Of a DNA stretch of 63,375 bases, positions 35,520-45,333 are shown piece by piece. The position numbers were made by a program, and so were the translations under genes. Origin of the DNA: an uncultured Pseudomonadales bacterium (GTDB lineage: Bacteria > Patescibacteriota > Microgenomatia > UBA1400 > PJMF01); NCBI GenBank assembly GCA_964607285.1, contig CAZSJW010000008.1, forward strand, positions 1-63,375, written 5' to 3'. Each line of letters begins with the position of its first letter. Position 1 is the stretch's first letter. Under the pieces are notes generated by a model. The model worked only from the letters and a program-made list of their open reading frames with translations. It had not been told where the DNA came from and did not search any database.

Positions 35520-37592
35520 CTACACTTCGGCAACTCTGAGTACTTCTTCAATAGAAGTGATGCCTTCCAGTGCCTTCAAATATCCATCTTGTTTCATTAA
35601 AAGCATACCATTTTTGAGAGCTAATTGCTTCAAATCTGAAGCAGGTTTACGCTGCAGAATCAGCTTGCCAATTTCCTCAGTAATTGGCATAACTTCAAAA
35701 ATACCCACCCGTCCTTTATATTCTGGTTCTGTCTGCGGTCGGCTTGGGCTCGGTCGGTACAACTGTATCTTATCTGGGTTAATGTTCTTTTGTTTGCACC
35801 AGAGATCAAAATGCGGACCCAACACTGCTTGTATATCTTCAACTACTGCTGGCTCAGGTGTGTACGCTTCTGTAAATGAAGGATTGAGCAGCCGCACTAC
35901 GCGCTGTGCCATGATTAATGTCATTGACGAAGCAATCAAAAATGGCTCTGCACCCATGTCAATCATACGAGGAATAGCACCAGCTGCAGAAGAAGTATGT
36001 AGTGTTGAAAACACCAAGTGTCCAGTTAGTGATGCTTGAATAGCTAACTCCGCGGTCTCACTGTCACGAATTTCACCTACCATGATAATATTTGGATCTT
36101 GACGTAGGAACGAACGTAACCCCGATGCAAATGTCAAACCTGCCTGGGGATTAATTTGTACTTGGTTCACCCCAACCATCTGATACTCAACAGGATCTTC
36201 AAGCGTCATGATATTGACTCTCGGGGTATTGATAGTATGCAGAATAGAGTAGAGAGTGGTGGTTTTTCCAGATCCAGTCGGGCCAGTGACTAACACTATA
36301 CCGTGTGGGACTTTACTTGCATCCTGTACGTGCCGAAGTGCTACACCCGTAAGCCCTAGCTCAGCAAGTGCTGGAACTTGGGCATCTTTCTTAAGCAACC
36401 GCATAACAATTTTTTCACCATGAATTGTTGGCAACGTCGAAACACGTAAATCTACTTCCTGATTTTCATTGACAAAGTTAAACCGTCCATCCTGAGGAAC
36501 ACGCTTCTCATCAATTTTTAGTCCAGATAAAATTTTGATGCGTGATACAACAGCATCATGTACAGAGGAAGGTAGGATTAGTTTTTCTGCCAATATACCG
36601 TCAATACGGTATCGGACACGGGTTCTAGCCTCTTGTGGCTCAACATGAATATCCGAAGCTCGAGCTTTCATGGCAAATGCTACGATTGTTTGCACAATCT
36701 TAGTAATTGGTGCTTCTCTGATAGTTTCCTTGGACAACGCTGCTAAATCTCGCTGCTGAGATTTAGTTTCGATCACCTGACTTGTTTGCTCCAAAGCTGC
36801 AGTAACCTCAGAGGATAAACTCTGAGAATAATGTTCTGCAATTGATCGCTCTAACTCTGATGGGGTTGCATATCTCACTTGAATTCGTAGCCCAGATTTT
36901 TGCTGTGCAAAATCGATTGCCGCCAAATCCATTGGATTTTCCATGGCAACTACAAGCGAACCATCTTCTTTGTTGTACGACAGTGGCAACATTCGGTAGG
37001 TTCGTGCGACACCTTCAGGCAGGCGAGTCAGGGCTTGGGGATCAGTACCTGTCTCTGATATCTTGACGTATGGAATATCGTGCAGTTGAGCTTTTGCCTT
37101 GACCAAATCCTCTTCACCAACATAGTTTTTTTCTTTAAGAATATCTTCAAGCTGCTTCCCTGTACTGATGTGCTCAACATTGATCTCATTAGCTTGGTCA
37201 GGTTGCAGCGTGCCTAATTGGAGCAAAATATCAATTAATGACTTAGCGTGATTAGTGCCAAAAGCAGTCGTCTGTTGGGACGCCACCTGATCAGGTGCTG
37301 TTGAAGCTACTGGCGGAACAGTAGGAGGTGCTGGCTGCTGTACAGTAGGCTCAGGGGTAGTACTTTGGTTTTCAAGAGACTGCACCAATTGATCTGCTGC
37401 TGCAGCTGCCTCAGCAACCGCATCTGCAGGTGGTGGTATTACACCATCAACTGGCCGCTGTATCGTGCCAGTGCTTAGTAAAGTATCAGTTACTGCCTCA
37501 TCAGCAACAAATACTTGAGTAGGACTACTTAGTGAAACTGGTGTTTGCGGCGGCACAACTAGTTGTGCAACGTCGTCAGAATTGGCAGGCAT
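35520..37592 (-). CDS. pilB: type IV pilus extension ATPase PilB (GspE family) with low-complexity N-terminal extension
   Basis: 690-aa ORF with Walker A (GPTGSGKTTT), Walker B (DPNIIMVGEIRD), His box (TGHLVFSTLHT) and a GspII_E-N-like domain. The first ~110 aa are Pro/Ala/Thr/Gln-rich. Confidence 0.9.
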   Translation of the reverse strand: MPANSDDVAQLVVPPQTPVSLSSPTQVFVADEAVTDTLLSTGTIQRPVDGVIPPPADAVAEAAAAADQLVQSLENQSTTPEPTVQQPAPPTVPPVASTAPDQVASQQTTAFGTNHAKSLIDILLQLGTLQPDQANEINVEHISTGKQLEDILKEKNYVGEEDLVKAKAQLHDIPYVKISETGTDPQALTRLPEGVARTYRMLPLSYNKEDGSLVVAMENPMDLAAIDFAQQKSGLRIQVRYATPSELERSIAEHYSQSLSSEVTAALEQTSQVIETKSQQRDLAALSKETIREAPITKIVQTIVAFAMKARASDIHVEPQEARTRVRYRIDGILAEKLILPSSVHDAVVSRIKILSGLKIDEKRVPQDGRFNFVNENQEVDLRVSTLPTIHGEKIVMRLLKKDAQVPALAELGLTGVALRHVQDASKVPHGIVLVTGPTGSGKTTTLYSILHTINTPRVNIMTLEDPVEYQMVGVNQVQINPQAGLTFASGLRSFLRQDPNIIMVGEIRDSETAELAIQASLTGHLVFSTLHTSSAAGAIPRMIDMGAEPFLIASSMTLIMAQRVVRLLNPSFTEAYTPEPAVVEDIQAVLGPHFDLWCKQKNINPDKIQLYRPSPSRPQTEPEYKGRVGIFEVMPITEEIGKLILQRKPASDLKQLALKNGMLLMKQDGYLKALEGITSIEEVLRVAEV

Positions 37593-37668
37593 GCAAATAC
37601 TACTATAGCTGAAAAGAAATCACTCAGCAACGCCCTTTGTTGTATACTGAACCGAATACAGACTCCAC

Positions 37669-38424
37669 ATGCCACAATCTCTTCAGATATTACTCAATCA
37701 AATACTTTCGGTGCAAAGTGTACTCGTTTCCGCCAGTACTCAAACAAACCAACAAGCACTAGTCGAGGGCTTATTCAAAGCAATGGAGAAGTTTACCCCA
37801 GACTCACTCATTTCACTTGAATTGATAGCTCCAGAAAAAAGCTCGCTGGGTATAGAAATTGTACGTGATCTGCAAAAACAACTAAGTTATGCAGCAACAG
37901 CGCAACGACCGCGCTGGATCGCGCTACTACAGGCAGAAACCTTGACTACTACTGCCCAGAATGCACTGTTGAAAACACTGGAAGAGCCACCCCCGCACAC
38001 TTTTCTCATACTCTGTACTGCCTATCCAGATCAGCTACTGGAAACAATTCGCTCTCGTACACTTGAAGTAAAAGATCGAATACTAATGGAAGCTACTGGA
38101 GACAGAAGTAGTAGTAGTAGTAGTACTACCAACAACAGTACACATGATTCTGGGCCAGAATATGAAGACGCCTGCATGGGCAGCCTAGCTCAAGCATGTG
38201 AGCGAGCAGAGGAGTTTAAAGATAAAGAACAGGCTACACAGTACATTCACACCCTCCTGGCAGGTGCCTATAGTGAGCTAGAACAAGCAGCAAAAAATGA
38301 GAAAACAGAGGCAGTAGAAAAACATAGCCGGAATCTTCGATTGCTACTCACTACAGACAGTCAGCTACAGGCTAACTGTAATATCAAGTTAACGGTAGCT
38401 GAATTGTTTATGCAGCTTCAGTGA
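37669..38424 (+). CDS. holB: DNA polymerase III delta'-like subunit
   Basis: 251-aa ORF with the sensor motif region QNALLKTLEEPPPHTFLILCT...LLETIRSRT. No intact Walker A motif, as expected for delta'. It contains an (AGT)6 serine run. Confidence 0.6.
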   Translation: MPQSLQILLNQILSVQSVLVSASTQTNQQALVEGLFKAMEKFTPDSLISLELIAPEKSSLGIEIVRDLQKQLSYAATAQRPRWIALLQAETLTTTAQNALLKTLEEPPPHTFLILCTAYPDQLLETIRSRTLEVKDRILMEATGDRSSSSSSTTNNSTHDSGPEYEDACMGSLAQACERAEEFKDKEQATQYIHTLLAGAYSELEQAAKNEKTEAVEKHSRNLRLLLTTDSQLQANCNIKLTVAELFMQLQ

Positions 38425-38432
38425 AAGCGGGT

Positions 38433-39797
38433 TTACAAAAAATCCATATACAACTCCCAAAGGATGGCATCAGCAAAAACTATGTCACGTATCTTAGATT
38501 TCAGTTCACTTGACCTCTGAAGATACCCTAGTAAACTCAACCCAACTGGTATAGCTAAAAAACCAGGTACAAATGGGGATAATAAACCATATTCTAAAAC
38601 AAACGGAATACTAGCTACAGCAGATGCAGCAACTGCACTGAGCCCAACGCCTGAAGCCCATATTTTGTAGTCCGCTAATTCGGTTTCAAGCTTTTTCTGC
38701 TCATCTCTCAACAAAAAAACCAAACCTCTCAACATATTTTGTTTGTCTGTTTTAGTTATCAACTTCGAGTCAACTGGAACTCGGGCTCGTTTGCCTTCAC
38801 CTTCCACAGCAAACAACACTCGATGCCTATACGCTTCTGTATGTACAAAGCTCAATATATCTTCAAGTAGCTGTTGCCACTCATATTTGCTTGCAGAAGA
38901 CAAAAGTTCTGGAATTCGGCGAGTTTTAGCCTCAATCCCAACCTTAAATTTCTTGAAGGCAGCAGAATTAGTATCCACATCAGCTCTATCTGTTAAAAAC
39001 CGTTCAATAACTATGTTTGCATTGTGAATTACTCTGTCAACATCATCCTGCCTGAGTTGTTCAGCGAATGTTTTTTTCTCTCTTCGCTTAAACCATTGAG
39101 AAATGCCTCTGTTTTCCTTTGTATCTTTCTCATCTCTTTTTTTAAACAACTCACCCTGGTCTATGTCATCAACAGAAACAAGTATTCTTGGCTCTGTCTC
39201 CTCAGGACCGCCAATACCTTCTTGCCTTCCACCCAGTAAATAGTACTGCCTTGTAAAAAACGCTATTCCTTCTGGAGAAAATACTCGCTCAGCGACTTGT
39301 TGACGCAAAGTTTCGTCATTAGTTAATCGGTCAGTGCTTTTTCCAATATATGCCATTTCATCAAGGTCGGGACGTGACTCCCCAGATAATCGAGCTCTGA
39401 CCCGAGAAAGCACTCCAGTCGGAACATCACTGAACACCTGATCCAGCAGGGTATACAACTCACGATCACTTGCCACTAACCCTGAGCCATTGGTTCCATA
39501 AAGTCCTGATAATCGAAAATAGGCACGCTCAAGCTCTCTATGTACATCGTTGGTAATTCTAGGTAGATCATAATTCACATACGCTTCATACTTAGCACGC
39601 TGCCTTTCAGAAGTGGCTTGTGCACTTCCCAATAGTGACTTGATGGTTTGAATAACCGAAAGAACAGCAGCTCTTTCAGCCTCACTTCTTACTTCAACAT
39701 GAGAAAGACCCTCTTGTACATATGCTGCTATACGTTTCGCTTCAACATCAGCGAAAAGTGCATCTTCATTCTCATATTCAAATCTTTTTTCAGGCAT
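38433..39797 (-). CDS. hypothetical protein with C-terminal pair of TM helices
   Basis: 454-aa ORF, mostly charged and helical. The C-terminus has the hydrophobic segments GVGLSAVAASAVASIPFVL and FVPGFLAIPVGLSLLGYL. No motif recognised. Confidence 0.4.
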   Translation of the reverse strand: MPEKRFEYENEDALFADVEAKRIAAYVQEGLSHVEVRSEAERAAVLSVIQTIKSLLGSAQATSERQRAKYEAYVNYDLPRITNDVHRELERAYFRLSGLYGTNGSGLVASDRELYTLLDQVFSDVPTGVLSRVRARLSGESRPDLDEMAYIGKSTDRLTNDETLRQQVAERVFSPEGIAFFTRQYYLLGGRQEGIGGPEETEPRILVSVDDIDQGELFKKRDEKDTKENRGISQWFKRREKKTFAEQLRQDDVDRVIHNANIVIERFLTDRADVDTNSAAFKKFKVGIEAKTRRIPELLSSASKYEWQQLLEDILSFVHTEAYRHRVLFAVEGEGKRARVPVDSKLITKTDKQNMLRGLVFLLRDEQKKLETELADYKIWASGVGLSAVAASAVASIPFVLEYGLLSPFVPGFLAIPVGLSLLGYLQRSSELKSKIRDIVFADAILWELYMDFL

Positions 39798-39839
39798 AAA
39801 GCTACTTTATTCACCAAATGGCAATCTTTCTCTAGTATA

Positions 39840-40811
39840 CTATTGAGTTGATTGACCATTCAACGCTGCAGTTGCACACTTGTTTTTATACGCAATTTTC
39901 AGTAAATATTCCAGAACCGAATACTTTTGCATGGCAGTATAATAGTCTGCAAGCTCATCATTTGTTTCCTCTAACACATCTGGCCTGTCTTGGTTTGCAT
40001 CAATTTTAGACTTTAAGAAACCAATTCTCGAAATAATTTGTTGGTTTCCACTGCTGATTATTCCGTACAAAACTTCGAGGGCATGTTCGTCAAACGCTTC
40101 CTCAAGCATATCTAGCAAGTCATTTGTTGTATTTTTATGATCAAAATAAGCAGATAAACTTTTTAAAATTTCAGTAATATTTGAGGCATTTTGCCTGTTA
40201 GCACTAGTAACTGCTCCAATCCACCTATCTTTTTCAAAACCATCGAGGGCTGCAAAGTTGGTGGGAGTTTGAGGTCTCGAATCTGTACGATGTCGATGAA
40301 ATTTGTCCCAATTTGAATAGAACAAAATACGGTCACCACTTTTCGATTTTCGAGCCGCAGCTTTCAGTAGTATGTCCAATAATTCAGTTGACTCAAATTT
40401 AGAAATCAATGCCGAGATGGCAAGATCTGTAAGCTCGTCAATAGAGAGAGCAAAAGACGAGACATCAGCCCTTCCATCTGGAGATAATGAAATTTTGAGA
40501 CTTTGTTTTGTATCTTCACGTTGCGCGGTTAACTCACCGACTAGAGTTGCATCAGTGTTGTGTATGAGCTGATCAATAGATCTAAAAAATCCTACTCGTT
40601 CTAAATGCACCACTACGTCTCCCGTTTTCGATGGTAAAACTATAGTTGCGTTAAAAAAATGTTTATTTTCTGAATCAGTGTTTGCTTCAGACCCTGCAAC
40701 GGCCAGGCACGTCACCATCGCCAACTGATGCTCTTGCTGTGACTCCAAAGGATTCCTCTCAAGGTAGTTGAAACTCATAGGTGCTTTGTATGTAGGATTT
40801 AATCCTATCAT
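39840..40811 (-). CDS. hypothetical protein
   Basis: 323-aa ORF with no motif recognised. It is on the same strand as both neighbours and 42 nt upstream of the next gene. Confidence 0.4.
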   Translation of the reverse strand: MIGLNPTYKAPMSFNYLERNPLESQQEHQLAMVTCLAVAGSEANTDSENKHFFNATIVLPSKTGDVVVHLERVGFFRSIDQLIHNTDATLVGELTAQREDTKQSLKISLSPDGRADVSSFALSIDELTDLAISALISKFESTELLDILLKAAARKSKSGDRILFYSNWDKFHRHRTDSRPQTPTNFAALDGFEKDRWIGAVTSANRQNASNITEILKSLSAYFDHKNTTNDLLDMLEEAFDEHALEVLYGIISSGNQQIISRIGFLKSKIDANQDRPDVLEETNDELADYYTAMQKYSVLEYLLKIAYKNKCATAALNGQSTQ

Positions 40812-40985
40812 AAATGCAATAAGAAAGCTGTTATTTATTGACTTATTGAAAGGTGAAAATAACTATTTCATTCTTCATCAAACTATACAATTACCCAGTC
40901 AGTGAAAGAGCAGAGGAGTATGGAAGTAAGATCAGGCAAAAAAGTTAGAGTAGTGAACCTACTTTTAGATTTCTTTTCAACAGTA

Positions 40986-42404
40986 TTAATTCGGCAATTC
41001 AAGCTTCTTTATACTAAGATTTGCAATATCAACTTCACCCAACACAACAACCTCGTTATACTCCTTCTCGCCTTTACTACCTCTCTTAATCTCGTGCAAA
41101 TAGGAAAAAATCGCAGAAGGAAGTAGTGAATCTGCAAGTGTCATAATTCTCTCTGATACAGCTGCATTGTGTGAGGGCTGATCTATGTCCCCAACCATAA
41201 CCAAAGTACGTGCCGCCAACTTTTCTAAATCAAATACATAGCAAGTATCACCTGACCAACCAGTGCCTACTTGTTTTCCTGATTCACTTTCTGGATCAAG
41301 GACTGCACAAGGCAAATAGACCACATCTTCCTGCAAGCCTAGTAAAGAGATAAGCTCTCTAGATTTACCACCAGAAATAAGTCGCGGCTTCCCAACTTGA
41401 TTCCCAAATTTTTCGGTCCTATTGTGTCCAATCTGAACGCGGGCAATAAATTGCTTGACAAAACTCCGTAATTCTTGATCATGAATATCTAGACTTGGAT
41501 GCAGTTTAATTACAGTCGCTACTAGATTTAAACAATTCTGTCGCATTTGAGGATGCAGCTGTTTCCACTTTTCCGTATCCCAAAATTCTGATTCTGACTC
41601 GCCACTTTGCTCTGAATCTGTTAAAAGAGTAGGACGCTCTTCTTGAAGACATTCAAGAAAAAATGCATAGTACTCTTCTGCTTTAGCCAGATACTCGGCA
41701 AAAATAGCTTCTTGCCGTTTTTTCTCTGCTGCATTTCGCTCGTTACTAGCATGGATGGGGGCTCGAATCTCTGAGAGCGCGTATTGCCAAGCGTGCTCAG
41801 TTAACACTTCTTTTTGTTCGTCTTCTTCTGCAACACTATACTTTTTTAGTTCTACACCTAGGCCTTCAACAGCTTGTTGTATCAGTTGTGTTGTGCCGTC
41901 AGGATCGTCATACAAAAAATTAGTCAAATTGCTATTTTGAGTAAGCTCTGCTGATAGTACCGTAAGGTTGGATCCTTTCCAACCTAACAAAATTTCACCT
42001 TTTAGACCAAGTTTTTTTGACTGAAACAATACTTTACCAGGGACTTTTTTTTCCACAGGTTTATCACTGGATGAATAGAAAGGTGCGACAAATGGGTCTA
42101 GATCAATGTTAAAGCCTATATCCCCAACAGAAAATGAATCAGGTACTTTTGCAAAAAGTTCTTCAGCACACTGCTTGGTGAGTTCTCCCACATTAACGAT
42201 TGAAATTTCGCCGAATTCCACTTTAACCTCAGAAAGTTTTCGCTCCATGCCAGATCTACCTTCTCGTGCAGCATGCAGCTGCACCAGTTCTGTCGCCACT
42301 CGCAGTCGGGTGGTGGCATCCAGATCTGGAAGGTATTTTGTAAGCAAGTCCTGAATGACATCTCTCGGCACACTTTCATTGGCAATGTTCAATTCCCCAT
42401 TCAT
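40986..42404 (-). CDS. hypothetical protein
   Basis: 472-aa ORF with no P-loop or other motif recognised. It is the first gene of a same-strand trio, divergent from gyrB. Confidence 0.4.
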   Translation of the reverse strand: MNGELNIANESVPRDVIQDLLTKYLPDLDATTRLRVATELVQLHAAREGRSGMERKLSEVKVEFGEISIVNVGELTKQCAEELFAKVPDSFSVGDIGFNIDLDPFVAPFYSSSDKPVEKKVPGKVLFQSKKLGLKGEILLGWKGSNLTVLSAELTQNSNLTNFLYDDPDGTTQLIQQAVEGLGVELKKYSVAEEDEQKEVLTEHAWQYALSEIRAPIHASNERNAAEKKRQEAIFAEYLAKAEEYYAFFLECLQEERPTLLTDSEQSGESESEFWDTEKWKQLHPQMRQNCLNLVATVIKLHPSLDIHDQELRSFVKQFIARVQIGHNRTEKFGNQVGKPRLISGGKSRELISLLGLQEDVVYLPCAVLDPESESGKQVGTGWSGDTCYVFDLEKLAARTLVMVGDIDQPSHNAAVSERIMTLADSLLPSAIFSYLHEIKRGSKGEKEYNEVVVLGEVDIANLSIKKLELPN

Positions 42405-42559
42405 GCTTTGATTCTATCAAAGATCTCATTCTAATTGGCTATGCAAAAATTTCTTCTTACACTTCCCATTTCCCAAACCGATCATATGTGGTATAACTTA
42501 ACCCTCGCGTGAAATCTGCCGATTTTGGCACCTTTGAAGCGCTTTTCTAAAGTCAAGCT

Positions 42560-44998
42560 ATGGCAACAACCGTCACAAATCAATATCAAGCATCTCAAAT
42601 CAAGGTCTTAGAAGGCCTGGAACCTGTTCGCAAACGCCCAGGAATGTATATTGGTTCGACCGATGGTCGAGGTCTCCACCATCTAGCAAAAGAGATTTTG
42701 GATAATGCAGTGGACGAAGCGATTGCTGGTTACGGCAAACGCATCCAGCTATTCCGCACCACCGCCCGTCCTGCACAACAAAAACTGGTTGAGTCCGATT
42801 TAACAGGTCACGATGTAATCACTGTTGTCGATAATGGCCGCGGAATTCCAGTAGATATGCACGAAAGTGGTGTGTCTGCACTTGAGGTAGTTTTGACAAA
42901 ACTCCACGCTGGTGGAAAGTTTGAAGAAACTGCCTACCAGGCATCGGGTGGTCTGCACGGTGTGGGATCTTCCGCTGTTAATGCGCTATCTACGCTCTTG
43001 CAAGTGGTCGTCAAACGAGGCAAAGCATACCACTACCAGGCACATCACCAAGGTAAGCCGCTCTTTTCAGTCAAAAAAATCTCAGAAAAAGAGTTTGCCG
43101 AGCTGTTTCCAGTCGAGTCCCCAAGACTGATCGGCGCCGAAACAGGCACACTTTTAAGCTTCATTCCCGACCCCACAATTTTTTCCACCACCCAGTACGT
43201 CCACAAAACACTAATCTCGATTATCAAAGACCGAGCCTACCTCATGGCAGGTATTTACTTTGAGCTCCATGATGAAGTAGAGGGTACAACCCAGCACTAC
43301 TATTTCGAGAGTGGTATTAGATCGCTGGTCGAACACATCAACATGAGTCGCAAGCCGCTCCATGACGTGATGTACGTGGAAAACACCTGGACTGATCCAA
43401 ACTCTGGCAAAAAAATTGCCCTCGAAATTGCTATGCAGTTTAACGACTCATACAAAGAGCGCCTGGAATCTTACGTCAACGTTATTCACACCCCGGATGG
43501 TGGGACGCACGTTAACGGTTTTCGCATGGCTCTTGCTCGAGTGCTGCGTGATTATGGCGATAAATATAGTCTCATCAAGGAAAAAGAGGGATTCACAACG
43601 GATGACCTCCGAGAAGGGTTGGCAGCCGTTATTTTTGTGAAGATGCCCTCTAATGATTTACAGTTTGAGTCGCAGACGAAAACTAAATTGAACAACGCAG
43701 AAGCACAGCCAGCGGTTTACCAAATTTTCAAAGACGGTCTAACCACTTTCCTTGAGGAAAACCCAAAAGCTGGGCGAGCAATCATCGACAAAATTATGCT
43801 TTCGGCTCGTGCCCGCATGGCTGCCCGTGCTGCAAAGGATGCAGTAATCCGAAAGGGTGTATTGGAAGGAAGTTCGCTGCCTGGAAAGTTGGCGGACTGT
43901 CAGAGTAAGGTTGCAGCGGAGTCGGAGATTTATATCGTCGAGGGTGACTCAGCAGGTGGGTGTTTTTCTGGTGATACCAAAGTTGCATTGGTTGATGGTC
44001 GCAATTTGAGCTTTTTGGAATTGATTGAAGAGCAGAAGCAGGGTAGGGAGCATCTTTGCTACACGGTTGCTGCGGATGGAACTATTGGTTCTGGAAAAAT
44101 TGAGCATCCTCGTGTGACCAAACAACAGGTTGAGGTGATTGCAGTTACACTTGATTCAGGAGAAATAATCACTTGTACTCCAGATCATAAATTTATGTTG
44201 AGTGATATGAGTTTCAAACAAGCGGCTGATCTCGCACCTAGCGATCAATTGATGTCTCGAAGTAACGCAAAAACCATTACAATGATTAGCCCACTTACGG
44301 AAAAAATCGACGTCTACGACATCGAAGTCCCAGGTACACACAATTTCGCCTTAGCAAGTGGCGTTTTCGTCCACAACAGTGCAAAGCAAGGTCGCGACCG
44401 AAAGTTCCAAGCAATCTTCCCACTGCGCGGCAAAATCCTAAACACCGAACGTGCCCGATTAGACAAAATCGTAGCCTTTGAAGAATTAAAAAACCTAGTC
44501 ATTGCCCTGGGAGCAGGCATTGGTGAAACCTTTGATGAGAAAAAACTCCGTTACCACCGCATCATCCTCATGAATGACGCTGACGTAGACGGCGAGCATA
44601 TCACAACACTTGGTCTGACCTTTTTCTTCCGCCACTTACCAGAAATAGTAGAGCGCGGCTTCCTATATGTAGCTATGCCGCCACTCTTCAAAATCTCAAG
44701 CGGAAAAACAGAAGTGTACGCATACAGTGATGATGAACGGGATGAAGTCGTCAACAAAATCAAAGCCGAAAACCCCAAAGCCGTCATCGGCATCCAACGC
44801 TACAAAGGTCTGGGAGAAATGAACCCCGAACAGCTCTGGGACACCACTATGAATCCAAAAACCCGTATGCTGAAGCGCATCACCATCGGTGATGCCGACA
44901 GGGCAGACACCACCTTCAGCACGCTCATGGGCGACGATGTCGCACCACGCAAGCGATTTATACAAACGCACGCCAAGTTGGCGGAATTGGATGTGTAG
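42560..44998 (+). CDS. gyrB: DNA gyrase subunit B (intein-containing precursor)
   Basis: 812-aa ORF with the GHKL ATPase motifs (LEGLEPVRKRPGMYIGS, VVDNGRGIP, GGLHGVG). The TOPRIM motif EGDSAGG is interrupted and then resumes as SAKQGRDR..QAIFPLRGKILN. Confidence 0.95.
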   Translation: MATTVTNQYQASQIKVLEGLEPVRKRPGMYIGSTDGRGLHHLAKEILDNAVDEAIAGYGKRIQLFRTTARPAQQKLVESDLTGHDVITVVDNGRGIPVDMHESGVSALEVVLTKLHAGGKFEETAYQASGGLHGVGSSAVNALSTLLQVVVKRGKAYHYQAHHQGKPLFSVKKISEKEFAELFPVESPRLIGAETGTLLSFIPDPTIFSTTQYVHKTLISIIKDRAYLMAGIYFELHDEVEGTTQHYYFESGIRSLVEHINMSRKPLHDVMYVENTWTDPNSGKKIALEIAMQFNDSYKERLESYVNVIHTPDGGTHVNGFRMALARVLRDYGDKYSLIKEKEGFTTDDLREGLAAVIFVKMPSNDLQFESQTKTKLNNAEAQPAVYQIFKDGLTTFLEENPKAGRAIIDKIMLSARARMAARAAKDAVIRKGVLEGSSLPGKLADCQSKVAAESEIYIVEGDSAGGCFSGDTKVALVDGRNLSFLELIEEQKQGREHLCYTVAADGTIGSGKIEHPRVTKQQVEVIAVTLDSGEIITCTPDHKFMLSDMSFKQAADLAPSDQLMSRSNAKTITMISPLTEKIDVYDIEVPGTHNFALASGVFVHNSAKQGRDRKFQAIFPLRGKILNTERARLDKIVAFEELKNLVIALGAGIGETFDEKKLRYHRIILMNDADVDGEHITTLGLTFFFRHLPEIVERGFLYVAMPPLFKISSGKTEVYAYSDDERDEVVNKIKAENPKAVIGIQRYKGLGEMNPEQLWDTTMNPKTRMLKRITIGDADRADTTFSTLMGDDVAPRKRFIQTHAKLAELDV
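43961..44377 (+). mobile_element. mini-intein (139 aa, no homing-endonuclease domain) inside gyrB
   Basis: In-frame insertion between EGDSAGG and SAKQGRDR. It starts with Cys (CFSGDTKVAL, block A), contains TPDHKF (block B) and VYDIEV (block F), and ends VFVHN, followed by Ser at +1 (block G). Confidence 0.85.
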
Positions 44999-45000
44999 GT

Positions 45001-45333
45001 ATGATTGAACATAGTAGTGAACTAGCTCTTGAGGTGTATGCTCAATTGCAACATAAGACAGAAAAAGTAGAGACTGAAATTAAATCTGTATTAACAGAAC
45101 AGGAAGTGAAGTTGTTGCAACATGTGTATGAAAGAATGACAGTTAGTAAAGGCAAAGTTCTGTATAAGTCTGAAAACACAAAAGTTTCTGCAATATTGGC
45201 AACGATACTGAGTAATTATTATAATGTTTTACAACTTTACAATGAGGATACAGACACTAAAACTCAACTACTAACCATACTACTTAAACTAAAAAAACCA
45301 CAACATAAAGCAAAAAAAAGAAAGGTACTATGA
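45001..45333 (+). CDS. hypothetical small protein
   Basis: 110-aa AT-rich ORF between gyrB and ppa. Its stop overlaps the ppa start by 4 nt. No motif recognised. Confidence 0.3.
   Translation: MIEHSSELALEVYAQLQHKTEKVETEIKSVLTEQEVKLLQHVYERMTVSKGKVLYKSENTKVSAILATILSNYYNVLQLYNEDTDTKTQLLTILLKLKKPQHKAKKRKVL

Noticed and set aside
38107-38124. (AGT)6 trinucleotide repeat in holB as a possible phase-variation tract
   Set aside because: Triplet repeats change length in frame, here a Ser run in a low-complexity linker, so they would not switch the gene on or off.
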